A stretch of 34,652 bases of DNA, from the IMG/VR virus record IMGVR_UViG_3300028589_000007; one strand, written 5' to 3'. A program made the translations under genes and the position numbers. Shown here piece after piece: positions 8,006 through 16,569 of the stretch (the stretch's first letter is position 1; each line of letters begins with the position of its first letter). Source of the DNA: a virus. The notes under the pieces were generated by a model. That model saw only the letters and a program-made list of their open reading frames with translations. It did no database searches and was not told where the DNA came from.

Positions 8006-8325
8006 AGCTGGTCTGCCTTGCGGGTAGCGATGCGTTTGAGGCTGGAGCGGACGTAGTCGGCACCGAGCAGGCCGACGACTCCGCCGAAGAAAGGCGCGAA
8101 CTGCTCGGGGATGCCGAACAGGGCCAGGCCGTTGGTCACTGCCAGGGTGATGAGGCCGCAGATGAAGCCTTCACCCACGGCACGGCGTAGGCTGCCGCCG
8201 GAGTAAATGAAGCGGGCTGAGGCGATCAGGGCTGAGAGCACTGCGGCGTATATAAGCGGGTGGTGCTGCTCCATCCAGGCGAGCAGCATGGCCCAGGTTT
8301 CGGGGCGGTCAGGCATCTGTGACAT
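8002..8325 (-). CDS. Holin (three predicted TM segments)
   Basis: 107 aa with hydrophobic segments and a charged C-terminus, immediately upstream of the endolysin. An alternative ATG at 8316 (MPDRPETW) has better spacing from the AAGGA Shine-Dalgarno. Confidence 0.75.
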   Translation of the reverse strand: MSQMPDRPETWAMLLAWMEQHHPLIYAAVLSALIASARFIYSGGSLRRAVGEGFICGLITLAVTNGLALFGIPEQFAPFFGGVVGLLGADYVRSSLKRIATRKADQL

Positions 8326-8794
8326 TCCTTGAGTCCTGTGGAAGAGAGTGGGCGAGCTGCACGAACGGAAGGCAGTTGATGCGCTTGACCACTTCGCTCA
8401 GCAGCACGGGGCTGAATCGAGGGGCCGCTTGCTGCAGGCCGAGAGCGGCCGCGCAAAACTCGCTGCAGAACATGCGGCTTTTACTGTCGATACCCAGCGG
8501 CAGGAACTGGGCGAGCAGGATTCCGAGCCAGTCGTAGCCCTTGCCCTCGTGCCGGTCGAAGACCGACTCTATGAGCTTGGCGTTGGCCCAGGGCAGAGGG
8601 ATCAAGTCCCAATGCTCGAAGTCGAGCTCGATATGCTTGGCGCGCACCCCGCCATCCATGGCGCTGGCGGACAGCCAGCGGCCGTCTGGCATGACCAGTT
8701 CGCAGTGGCTGTAGCGCGAGCCTGTCCAGAGGCGGATGAGCCGGTTGAAGAGCTTGCCTTCGCCTTTGTAGACGGCGAGGTAGATCAGTCCCAT
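8309..8794 (-). CDS. Permuted papain-fold (YiiX/YaeF, C92-like) putative hydrolase
   Basis: Internal start MGLIYLAVYKGEGKLFN (ATG at 8794). It carries an RYSHCELV His motif followed by a YDWLG...MFCSEFCAAAL Cys motif. The upstream part of track ORF 8309..9142 is a Pro/Arg shadow overlapping X. Confidence 0.6.
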   Translation of the reverse strand: MGLIYLAVYKGEGKLFNRLIRLWTGSRYSHCELVMPDGRWLSASAMDGGVRAKHIELDFEHWDLIPLPWANAKLIESVFDRHEGKGYDWLGILLAQFLPLGIDSKSRMFCSEFCAAALGLQQAAPRFSPVLLSEVVKRINCLPFVQLAHSLPQDSRNVTDA

Positions 8795-8994
8795 AGGTTC
8801 ACCACTTGGCGCTGTTCGGGTTGGGGGGCGGCGTCCGGCAGGATGACAGCGGTGCCGTGGGGGATGATCGGGCCGAATTCGGCGAGGCCTGGGTTGGCAT
8901 CGAGGACGGCCTCGGTGACGCCCGTGGTGCGGCCGTAGTAGTGCCAGCAGAGGCTGTCGACGGTGTCGCCCTGGGCGGCGATGACGGTGGCCAC
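8785..8994 (-). CDS. X: Tail protein X (P2 X-like, LysM-type)
   Basis: 69 aa. MATVIAAQGDTVDSLCWHYYGRTTGVTEAVLDANPGL is typical of gpX, and the gene follows L as in P2. Confidence 0.88.
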   Translation of the reverse strand: MATVIAAQGDTVDSLCWHYYGRTTGVTEAVLDANPGLAEFGPIIPHGTAVILPDAAPQPEQRQVVNLWD

Positions 8995-9458
8995 TACAGC
9001 AGCTCCACGGTGGCGTGGCTGATGCCGAGGATGGTGCGCAGGGCCTTGCGCGCGTCGCGCCGCAGCTGATCGGGGCTGCTCTCTTCTTCGGTAACCTTCT
9101 GCTCGCCGCTGTTCGTCGCGTCGAAGCTGTTGTATCGCTCAATCAGCTCTGCCAGAGCGCCGCAGAAGATGACGCGGCGGTAGAGGTGCAGCCACTGGCT
9201 TTCGCCCTTTATCTTTTCGGCTGGCACGTCGTCTAGGGTGGCGTGGCCTTCAGCCTGGCGCGCGGCGCGGTAGGTGGCGAGTTCGCGGTTGGCCTCGATC
9301 ATGGCATTGACGGTGGCCACTTCGAGACGGTCGTCAGTGACGCTAGAGTCGATACGCATGGCGGCGCGTAGTTGCTGGCCGTCGATATCCGGCCAGAAGT
9401 CCGCGTTGCTGATCGGGTAGGCGGCGTTGGTGTCGCCGCCCGCGATAAATCCGCTCAT
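8994..9458 (-). CDS. L: Head completion/stabilisation protein (P2 L-like)
   Basis: 154-aa ORF between M and X, in the P2 gpL position and of matching size. Confidence 0.82.
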   Translation of the reverse strand: MSGFIAGGDTNAAYPISNADFWPDIDGQQLRAAMRIDSSVTDDRLEVATVNAMIEANRELATYRAARQAEGHATLDDVPAEKIKGESQWLHLYRRVIFCGALAELIERYNSFDATNSGEQKVTEEESSPDQLRRDARKALRTILGISHATVELL

Positions 9459-9561
9459 GGTCGGGCCTCAAATTAGTGGGCGGTGGTCGGGGCTTCACAG
9501 CTCGGGAAGGAGTAACCCTGCTGATCCGCCCCGAGCCGCCCGGGTGCGGGGGACCGCTCGG

Positions 9562-10263
9562 TTAGCTGGCGGGGCCAGCGTGTTTCTTGAGGAGGCGCTC
9601 AGCGCGCTCCAGGTCTTTCTTGCCGCCGCAGCTGTTGTGCTGCTGGATGGCGGTTCTCAGCAGGTCAATACCGGCCTGAATCTGGCCGGGTTGGCCGGGG
9701 TTGTTCTCGTCCAGGCCGACCAAGGTGGAACGACCCAGGGCGAGGGTGAGCTTGGCGCGAGCTTCGTCCGGCATGTCCTGTTCCGCGGTGAGCACCGCGG
9801 TGCGGGTGAGGACGTCGTGCGGGAATACGCTGCCGGCCTTCTGGTCCGTCAGTGCGGCTTCGGCCACTTCCTCGGCCACCAGGCAGCCGGTGGTGCGGTT
9901 AAAGCGGTTCGGCGTTTGCAGGTTGTGGCTGATGACGTACTCGGCGATGTCCAGGCCGCCGGCGTAGTCGCCCGCGTCGAAGCGCCAGACCATGATGGTG
10001 ACAAGCACGTCGTCCTGGGCACCCTGGCCGGCGGCGAGAATGCCGTCGACGTAGGGCACGTAGTCCGGGAGCAGCTCGGCCTTGACCTTCGCCTTGTTCT
10101 GCTGCGACTGGACCTGCTTGAGGCGCAGTTGATCCTGCTGGAGCTTGGCGAGCATGAGCTCGTAGCTGGTAAGGCCATCCATGAGCGCGGCGGGCGCGGT
10201 GCGCGCCGCCTCCTGGGCGGCACGCTTGCGCAGTTGGGTGCGTTGAGCAAGGGTCAAAGCCAT
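9562..10263 (-). CDS. M: Terminase small (endonuclease) subunit (P2 M-like)
   Basis: 233-aa ORF directly after the major capsid gene, in the P2 gpM position and of matching size. Confidence 0.82.
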   Translation of the reverse strand: MALTLAQRTQLRKRAAQEAARTAPAALMDGLTSYELMLAKLQQDQLRLKQVQSQQNKAKVKAELLPDYVPYVDGILAAGQGAQDDVLVTIMVWRFDAGDYAGGLDIAEYVISHNLQTPNRFNRTTGCLVAEEVAEAALTDQKAGSVFPHDVLTRTAVLTAEQDMPDEARAKLTLALGRSTLVGLDENNPGQPGQIQAGIDLLRTAIQQHNSCGGKKDLERAERLLKKHAGPAS

Positions 10264-10266
10264 GGC

Positions 10267-11337
10267 TTATGCCTCAGTCGGGGCTGGGTAGGTCATGGCT
10301 TCGATGTTCTCCACCAGAGCGACCGCCTCGAAGTCCTCGATGACGTAGGCGTCATTGCTGGACTGGTAGTCAGCAATGCGGTCGAACTCTGGTTCGTCCT
10401 TCAGGTGGCGCCGGCGGGCGCCTTCCTGCCAATAGATAGAGAGGTTCTTGAGGAAGGTGACCAGCACGGTGCCCTCCGGGAAGAACGGAGCATCGACCAC
10501 CGGCAGACCGCCGAGACGGGCGCGGCTGACGATCTCCTGTGCGGCGTTCTCTTCCTGGTTGGAGGCTGCGCCTTTCTCCACGGCCTTGAGCAGCTTCTCA
10601 TGCATCAGGTCGCGACTGACCAGCACCACCAGGTCGGGACGGCTGCGGTGCCATGGGGCGAGCATTTGAACGGCGTCGAAAACCAGGCCGTCGAGGGTCT
10701 GGTAGTCGCCGCTGATTTCGGTGTCGACACCAGCCACCTTGATCACCTTGGTGCCGCCTACGGTGACCTTCCCGGCGACGGCGCCCTCGTCCATGACGTG
10801 GTCGGCGGCGCCTTCCCGGATCTTCTGCAGCCAGCCTTTGTTGACGTCCTGCAGCAGGGGATTGTTAGCGCGGTTGGTGGCCACTGCCACGCTGGTTCCG
10901 TTGAAACCGATCATGATGCGGTCGAGGGACTGGCGCTCGATGATTGCGTTGGTCAAGCGCACCTGGAAATCGGGGAACTTGGCCCAGGCGTCAAGCAGCG
11001 CGTAAGGGAACGCGGTGTCGAAGTTGGTTTGCTTGCAGGCGTACTCGTCCTTGTCCAACTGAGAGACGTCCGCCGGATTGCGACGGTTGCCCGCTGCGGT
11101 GTTGGTGCGGCTGGCGATGGGGCCATTGACCCCTGCTAGAAGGGCTTCGCCCGTCTGTTCGGTGACGCCGATCAGGTTGATGGCCTTGAGGAAGGCGCTC
11201 GATTCCTGCATGGCGGTTTCCAGCGTCTGCTGCACGCTGGGGGCGACGTTAAATTTCTCGGTTGCACTGGCAACGCCGTTGAGCAGAGCGATCTGCGCGG
11301 CCAGGGCGGTAAAGGCGAGGCGGGTTACGTTACGCAT
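10267..11337 (-). CDS. N: Major capsid protein (P2 N-like)
   Basis: 356-aa ORF following the scaffold gene, with P2 gpN size and order. Confidence 0.88.
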   Translation of the reverse strand: MRNVTRLAFTALAAQIALLNGVASATEKFNVAPSVQQTLETAMQESSAFLKAINLIGVTEQTGEALLAGVNGPIASRTNTAAGNRRNPADVSQLDKDEYACKQTNFDTAFPYALLDAWAKFPDFQVRLTNAIIERQSLDRIMIGFNGTSVAVATNRANNPLLQDVNKGWLQKIREGAADHVMDEGAVAGKVTVGGTKVIKVAGVDTEISGDYQTLDGLVFDAVQMLAPWHRSRPDLVVLVSRDLMHEKLLKAVEKGAASNQEENAAQEIVSRARLGGLPVVDAPFFPEGTVLVTFLKNLSIYWQEGARRRHLKDEPEFDRIADYQSSNDAYVIEDFEAVALVENIEAMTYPAPTEA

Positions 11338-11369
11338 TGGGTATTCTCCGGGGTGCAGGCTGGGTGGTG

Positions 11370-12221
11370 TCAGAACGTGGTCAGCACTTTGCCGTCGCCG
11401 CCCGTAGCTGGTGGGCGTTGCTGGTGGCTGTGGTCTTCGGTGGCACCCAGGCGCTTGAGCAGGTCAGCGAATTCGCCGGCCAGTTTTTCGTGGGCGGTTT
11501 GCAGAGTTTTGAGCTTGTTCTGCTCGGTGGTGAAGACAGCGCCCTGGTCCTTGGCGTGGTTGGCGAGCGCCTCCACGGCTTCCGTCAGTTCGGAGAATTG
11601 GGCGTCATCCTTGACCGTTTTGTCCTTGCTCTTGCCGAGAGCCTCCATGACCCGGCTGAACAGGCCCAAGGCCTTGTTCTCGGAGTCGGTGACTTCCTCG
11701 AATTCGATGACCACCTCTTCGGCGGCGGTGAACAGGTTGTCCTTGTCCAGCTTGCGGCCGGTTAGGGTGCCGTTTTTGGCGCTGAACTGCAGCGCCTCGG
11801 TGCCCAGGCTGGCCGGGGTGTCTGTGACGGCAAGGCCGACTAGGTAGGCCTTGCCGGTGTCGGCGAAGCTGGGATTGATCTCGACGGAGGTATAGACCTT
11901 CTGACCGGCTTTGTTCAGCGCGAGCAAAGCTTCGTTCGGCTCCAGCTGTGCGAACAAGGCGAGCTTCTTGGCGCCGTTGATCTCGACCTCTTCCGCCTTG
12001 CAGGCCAGCACGTCGCCATAGGCGCCGAACTCACCCCCCGGCCAGGACCATTTGATGTGCTCGCAGTTGATACGGGCGCCATAGGTGTTGGGGCTGTACT
12101 GGGCGGCCATTTGCTCGATCCAGGCGCGTTCGATGTTGCGGCCGTCGGTGGTGGCACCTTCGGTGGCGACTTGGAACCACTTGGAGCGGAATTTCTTGGT
12201 GGGGGCGGTGCTTGCGGCCAT
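11370..12221 (-). CDS. O: Capsid scaffolding protein (P2 O-like)
   Basis: 283 aa. MAASTAPTKKFRSKWFQVATEGATTDGRNIERAWIEQMA is a typical GPO-family N-terminus. The gene is divergent from the terminase gene, as in P2. Confidence 0.88.
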   Translation of the reverse strand: MAASTAPTKKFRSKWFQVATEGATTDGRNIERAWIEQMAAQYSPNTYGARINCEHIKWSWPGGEFGAYGDVLACKAEEVEINGAKKLALFAQLEPNEALLALNKAGQKVYTSVEINPSFADTGKAYLVGLAVTDTPASLGTEALQFSAKNGTLTGRKLDKDNLFTAAEEVVIEFEEVTDSENKALGLFSRVMEALGKSKDKTVKDDAQFSELTEAVEALANHAKDQGAVFTTEQNKLKTLQTAHEKLAGEFADLLKRLGATEDHSHQQRPPATGGDGKVLTTF

Positions 12222-12309
12222 GTGGGCTGTCCTCGATGCGTTGGCGGCGGTTGCCGTTGCGTTGAGGGCATGGTCGACAGTGGGGGAAGGCGCGGCAACG
12301 CTCTGACCT

Positions 12310-12328
12310 TGTAGCGGGTCGCGCTACA
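12310..12328. promoter_or_regulatory. Late-promoter activator dyad in the divergent O / P intergenic region (TGTAGCG-GGTCG-CGCTACA)
   Basis: Perfect 7-bp inverted repeat. Its centre is 98 nt from the O ATG (12221) and 57 nt from the P ATG (12376). It is the only copy in this divergent region. Confidence 0.6.
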
Positions 12329-12375
12329 GGGCGCGGGGTTAGGGGCTCGCGCGCGTGAGCGGCAGCATCGGCGTC

Positions 12376-14127
12376 ATGAACTCTATCGCCCAGCCGACCT
12401 CCGATCCGCGCCGCCACGCCAAGTTCCTGTATTGGACGGGCTGGCGCATCACCGATATCGCCGACTACCTCGGCGAGAAAGAGAAGACCCTGCACAGTTG
12501 GAAAACACGGGACGAGTGGGACCGGGCGGACAACGTTGAGCGGATCGGCGGGGCGCTGGAGGCGCGTCTGGTGCAGTTGATCCTCAAGGACGGCAAGACC
12601 GGCGGGGACTTCAAGGAAATCGACCTGCTGCACCGGCAGCTGGAGCGGCAGGCCAGGATTCAGCGCTACCAGGGCGGCGGGACCGAGACGGACCTCAACC
12701 CGAACATCGCCAAGCGCAACGAGGGGCCAAAGAAGGCTCCCAAGCGCAACGAGCTGGACGAGGGGCAGATCGAGACACTGGTCGAGGCATTCCGCGACAG
12801 CTGTTTCGACTATCAGCTTGACTGGCACCGCGCGGGGAACATGCGCACCCGCATGATCCTGAAGAGCCGGCAGATTGGCGCTACGTTCTACTTCGCCCGC
12901 GAGGCTCTGATCGACGCCATCACCACAGGCCGCAACCAGATATTTCTGTCGGCCAGCAAGGCGCAGGCGCACCAGTTCAAGACCTACATGCAGTCGTTCC
13001 TCAACGAAGTGCTGGGGGTAAAGCTCACTGGCGACCCCATCGTTCTGTGGAACAACGCCGAACTGCATTTCCTTGGCACCAACTACCGCACGGCGCAGGG
13101 GCGCAGTGGAAACTTCTATTTCGACGAGTTTTTTTGGGTTCACGGCTTCGCCGAGATCAACAAAGTGGCCTCGGGTATGGCTCTGCACAAGAAGTGGCGC
13201 AAGACCTACTTCTCGACGCCGAGCAGCATGGCGCACCCAGCGTACAACTACTGGACGGGTGAGCGCTTCAACAAGGGCAAGCCTACGGCCCAGCATATCC
13301 AACTCGACGTGAGTCACGAGGCGCTGCAGCAGGGCCGGTACTGCGAGGACCGCATCTGGCGCCAGATTGTCACCATCCTCGATGCGGAGGCACGCGGTTG
13401 CGATCTATTTGACCTGGACGAGCTGCGGGAGGAATACGACGCTGCAGCCTTCCAGAACCTGCTGATGTGCCAGTTTGTCGATGACGGGCAGAGCATTTTC
13501 CCGCTTTCGATGCTGCAGCCGTGCATGGTGGAAAGCTGGGATTGGCCAGACTACAGCCCCTTTGCGATGCGGCCGTTCGGCGAGCGGCCCGTCTGGGTTG
13601 GGTACGATCCCGCCGAGAGCGGCGACTCTGCCGGCCTGGTGGTAGTGGGGCCGCCGCTGGTGGCGGGTGGCAAGTTCCGTGTGTTGGAGCGCCATCAGTT
13701 CCGAGGCATGGACTTCGCCGCGCAGGCCGAGACGATCCGGCAAGTTACTCGCCGCTATAACGTGGCCTATATCGGGATCGACACCACGGGCATCGGCAGC
13801 GCCGTTGCTCAGTTAGTGCGCCAGTTCTTCCCGGCGCTGAAGACGTTTTCTTACAACCCCGAGGTCAAGACCCGCCTGGTGATGAAGGCGTGGGACGTAA
13901 TCAGCAAGGGTCGCCTTGAATTCGATGCCGGCTGGATCGACATCGCGCAGTCGCTCATGGCCATCCGCAAGACCATCACCCCAGGTGGACGCCAGTTCAC
14001 TTATGTCGCTGGCCGCAACGACAGCACCGGCCACGCCGATCTGGCGTGGGCGCTCTTTCACGCATTGCACAACGAGCCGCTGGAGGGCCGCACGGCGGCC
14101 AACACCGGCATCATGGAGATTTACTGA
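12376..14127 (+). CDS. P: Terminase large (ATPase) subunit (P2 P-like)
   Basis: The ATG at 12376 gives MNSIAQPTSDPRRHAKFLYWTGWRITDIADYLGEKEKTLHSWKTRDEWD, which parallels the P2 P N-terminus. The track ORF starts at an upstream GTG (12355). Confidence 0.9.
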   Translation: MNSIAQPTSDPRRHAKFLYWTGWRITDIADYLGEKEKTLHSWKTRDEWDRADNVERIGGALEARLVQLILKDGKTGGDFKEIDLLHRQLERQARIQRYQGGGTETDLNPNIAKRNEGPKKAPKRNELDEGQIETLVEAFRDSCFDYQLDWHRAGNMRTRMILKSRQIGATFYFAREALIDAITTGRNQIFLSASKAQAHQFKTYMQSFLNEVLGVKLTGDPIVLWNNAELHFLGTNYRTAQGRSGNFYFDEFFWVHGFAEINKVASGMALHKKWRKTYFSTPSSMAHPAYNYWTGERFNKGKPTAQHIQLDVSHEALQQGRYCEDRIWRQIVTILDAEARGCDLFDLDELREEYDAAAFQNLLMCQFVDDGQSIFPLSMLQPCMVESWDWPDYSPFAMRPFGERPVWVGYDPAESGDSAGLVVVGPPLVAGGKFRVLERHQFRGMDFAAQAETIRQVTRRYNVAYIGIDTTGIGSAVAQLVRQFFPALKTFSYNPEVKTRLVMKAWDVISKGRLEFDAGWIDIAQSLMAIRKTITPGGRQFTYVAGRNDSTGHADLAWALFHALHNEPLEGRTAANTGIMEIY

Positions 14128-15188
14128 TGAGCACGAGTCGCAACCTCAGCCAGCATGACCTTGCGGCAACCACCCAGGATCGAGAGGCGGAGGTGCTGGT
14201 CAAGGAGCAGGGTGGCCAGTCGATGGCCTTCACCTTCGGCGATCCGGTACCGGTGTTGGATGGCCGGGAGATTCTCGACTATCTGGAGTGCTGGGCGAAC
14301 GGCCGGTGGTATGAGCCGCCTGTATCCCTGGACGGCCTGGCTCGCTCGACTAAAGCGAGCGTGTACCTGCAGTCTGGGCTCAACTTCAAGCGGAACGCAC
14401 TGGCGCGCACGTTTAAACCTCATCGGCTGCTGAGCCGGGCGGCATTCGAACAGATCGTCATGGACTGGGGATGGTGTGGCAACTTGTACCTGGAGAAGCG
14501 TGACAACATGTTGCGTCAGACGCTCGGCCTGCAGCCGTGCCTGGCGAAGTACATGCGACGCGGTACCGACCTGGCGACCTATTACCAGGTGCGCGGATGG
14601 AAGGACGAGCACGAGTTTAAGACCGGGACCGTCTGCCACCTGCGTGAGGCAGATATCAACCAGGAGGTATACGGCCTGCCGGAGTGGCTGGCGTCCCTAC
14701 AGAGCGCGCTGCTTAACGAGTCGGCCACGCTATTCCGCCGCAAGTATTACCAGAACGGCTCGCACGCTGGGTTCATCCTTTACATGACCGACGCGGCACA
14801 GAACGAGGACTTCGTCACCAACCTGCGCGACGCGATGAAGAGCAGCAAGGGGCCTGGTAACTTTCGCAACCTGTTCATGTACGCCCCTGGGGGCAAGAAG
14901 GATGGTATGCAGCTGATCCCGATCAGTGAGGTGGCGGCCAAGGATGACTTCGCCTCGATCAAGAACATCAGCCGCGATGACCTGCTGGCGGCGCTGCGCA
15001 TCCCGCCTCAGCTCATGGGTATCGTGCCGCAGAACGCGGGCGGGTTCGGTTCGATCCGCGACGCCGCCCAGGTGTGGGCGCTCAATGAGCTGGAGCCGGT
15101 TCAGGCACGACTGGCGCAGATCAACGATTGGCTTGGAGAAGAGGTGGTGCGCTTCCAACCGTATGAGCTGCCAGCTGCAGCGAACTGA
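14127..15188 (+). CDS. Q: Portal (capsid vertex) protein (P2 Q-like)
   Basis: The ATG at 14127 overlaps the P stop (TGATGA). The 353-aa product lies downstream of P, as in the P2 P-Q operon. Confidence 0.88.
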   Translation: MSTSRNLSQHDLAATTQDREAEVLVKEQGGQSMAFTFGDPVPVLDGREILDYLECWANGRWYEPPVSLDGLARSTKASVYLQSGLNFKRNALARTFKPHRLLSRAAFEQIVMDWGWCGNLYLEKRDNMLRQTLGLQPCLAKYMRRGTDLATYYQVRGWKDEHEFKTGTVCHLREADINQEVYGLPEWLASLQSALLNESATLFRRKYYQNGSHAGFILYMTDAAQNEDFVTNLRDAMKSSKGPGNFRNLFMYAPGGKKDGMQLIPISEVAAKDDFASIKNISRDDLLAALRIPPQLMGIVPQNAGGFGSIRDAAQVWALNELEPVQARLAQINDWLGEEVVRFQPYELPAAAN

Positions 15189-15194
15189 TTAAAG

Positions 15195-15713
15195 TCAGTC
15201 CTCTACCGGTCGACGCGGCACCCTGCCGAGGACCCGCTCAAGCAGGCTGCGCACCCACCACCAGCGGCGGCGTAGCCGCCCTGGGTTGCTGAACTCACGC
15301 CCACCTGCGATGCGCACGAAGCAGCCGCAGCGGCCGAGGTACTTCCTCTGGTAGGCACTGAAGGGCGTTATGGCATCGGGCAAAGAGATGGTGCATTCGG
15401 ACCTTGGCTCCAGACGCTTCGGTAGCCCCGGCCAGGCATCTGGCCCATCAAACCAATCGGACAAACTACCGTCGGCCTCAACAACCCCGACCGACACTAT
15501 TTCAATAGTGTGGGGGCTCAGATTGGAGACGATGATCAAGTCAGCTCTGTAATGGGAGCCGAGGTATAGACGCACGCTGGTGCGTCCCCGCCAAAGGGCT
15601 AGGACCGACAGCGCGAGGCCTGCATAAGCAGGGATACGAGAGCCCCAGTCGATGTCGCCGCTCATGGATTCTGTAAGCCATTTCCAGACGTCCGCCAACC
15701 ATTGCAAATCCAT
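15195..15713 (-). CDS. Hypothetical membrane-anchored protein (moron between portal gene and cos)
   Basis: The ATG at 15713 is preceded by AGGAGG. One TM helix (IPAYAGLALSVLALW) is followed by a soluble domain and an Arg/Trp-rich tail. The gene is visibly less GC-rich than its neighbours and convergent with Q, with a 6-bp gap. I recognise no family. Confidence 0.65.
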   Translation of the reverse strand: MDLQWLADVWKWLTESMSGDIDWGSRIPAYAGLALSVLALWRGRTSVRLYLGSHYRADLIIVSNLSPHTIEIVSVGVVEADGSLSDWFDGPDAWPGLPKRLEPRSECTISLPDAITPFSAYQRKYLGRCGCFVRIAGGREFSNPGRLRRRWWWVRSLLERVLGRVPRRPVED

Positions 15714-15737
15714 GCTCACCCCTCCTGTTGATTAGGG

Positions 15738-15767
15738 CTTATCGCGTGAAACTTCGCCCGGTTTCAA
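15738..15767 (-). promoter_or_regulatory. Candidate sigma70 promoter for the moron (TTGAAA-N18-GATAAG)
   Basis: The minus strand reads TTGAAA (15767..15762), an 18-nt spacer, then GATAAG (15743..15738), about 25 nt upstream of the ATG. A 7-bp inverted repeat TTTCAAT/ATTGAAA overlaps the -35. Confidence 0.4.
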
Positions 15768-15985
15768 TTTAAAAAACCCCATTGAAATCTACCATTTCCT
15801 GGCCTCGCAAGCCACTGCTAATAGAGCTGCACCCCTGTATTTACGAGGCCTCCAGCGGTGCGGGCGACGGGCGGCCAGCAGGTGGCGCGGCGCTGCGGGC
15901 GCGTGACTGGTCGAGGGCGTTGTCCCTGTGGCTTGGGTGTCCGGCCTGGGGCTGCTGTCGACCCCGGTTTTCACCCGGCGCGCGC

Positions 15986-16005
15986 GCTCGTCCCCCCGCC
16001 ACGCC
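15986..16005 (-). other. Candidate cos (cohesive-end) core
   Basis: The minus strand reads GGCGTGGCGGGGGGACGAGC. Its first 12 nt match the remembered P2 cohesive end GGCGAGGCGGGGAAAGCAC at 11 positions, and a GCGCGC run follows as in P2. It is oriented toward Q, as in P2, and lies in a ~400-bp GC-rich non-coding stretch. Confidence 0.5.
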
Positions 16006-16569
16006 CCCGGGCTAAACGTGTCATTTTTTCTGCACCCCCGCAGGCCGCCCAACGCGACCCAGGCGGCGGGCTGGCGGCAGGTATGAGGTGGCGCAGAAAC
16101 CTGCGATTCCCTGCAGTGGTGGGGGGGTTACGGGCTGTGGAGTGCACTCAGATTCCAGGGGCTGGCCGGAATTGATTTTTGGAAAGAGTAATTTCAGCAA
16201 TCTGGGGGAAGACCGACCCTGCAGGCCACGTCCTATAAGGGTTTTGACATTACAAAGAGAAGTAACATTGTAGTAATCAAAAAAGTAATTTTTTATAAGG
16301 TGCTGATTTATAAGGCTTTTTTACGGCCTAAATATCACCTCTAAAAAGAGTAATCAGATTACCTTTTAGTTACTTAAAAGTTACCTTTTGCAATCGCTGG
16401 AAAACCTTTGTAGATCAGGGTCTTGCGCTGATTTCTGGGCAGAGATTACGGAAATTACTCTTTTTGAAAAACCGAAAAAATCTGAGGAGGCATAAGAGCC
16501 CATGACGCCTGCAGGCGAGCGCGCGTTATAAAGGCTTGTTACGTGCGTTGTTACGCATCGCGGATAAAG

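Noticed and set aside
9459-9561. GC-rich intergenic stretch between M and L with short inverted repeats (CCGAGC...GCTCGG)
   Set aside because: The stems are short with long loops and no T-tract. I could not distinguish this from chance pairing in GC-rich DNA.
9427-11139. 570-aa plus-strand ORF antisense to the M and N genes
   Set aside because: It is a Gly/Ala/Val/Leu-rich shadow ORF with no start context, and it fully overlaps two well-supported P2-order structural genes on the other strand.
12031-13317. 428-aa minus-strand ORF antisense to the terminase large subunit
   Set aside because: It is an Arg/Pro/Leu-rich shadow of a GC-rich gene. The plus-strand terminase has a recognisable P2 P N-terminus.
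15782-16175. Several 60-105-aa ORFs on both strands in the GC-rich region next to the moron
   Set aside because: The ORFs overlap one another and have Arg/Pro/Gly-rich translations and no RBS. The region is better explained as the non-coding cos/terminase recognition region.
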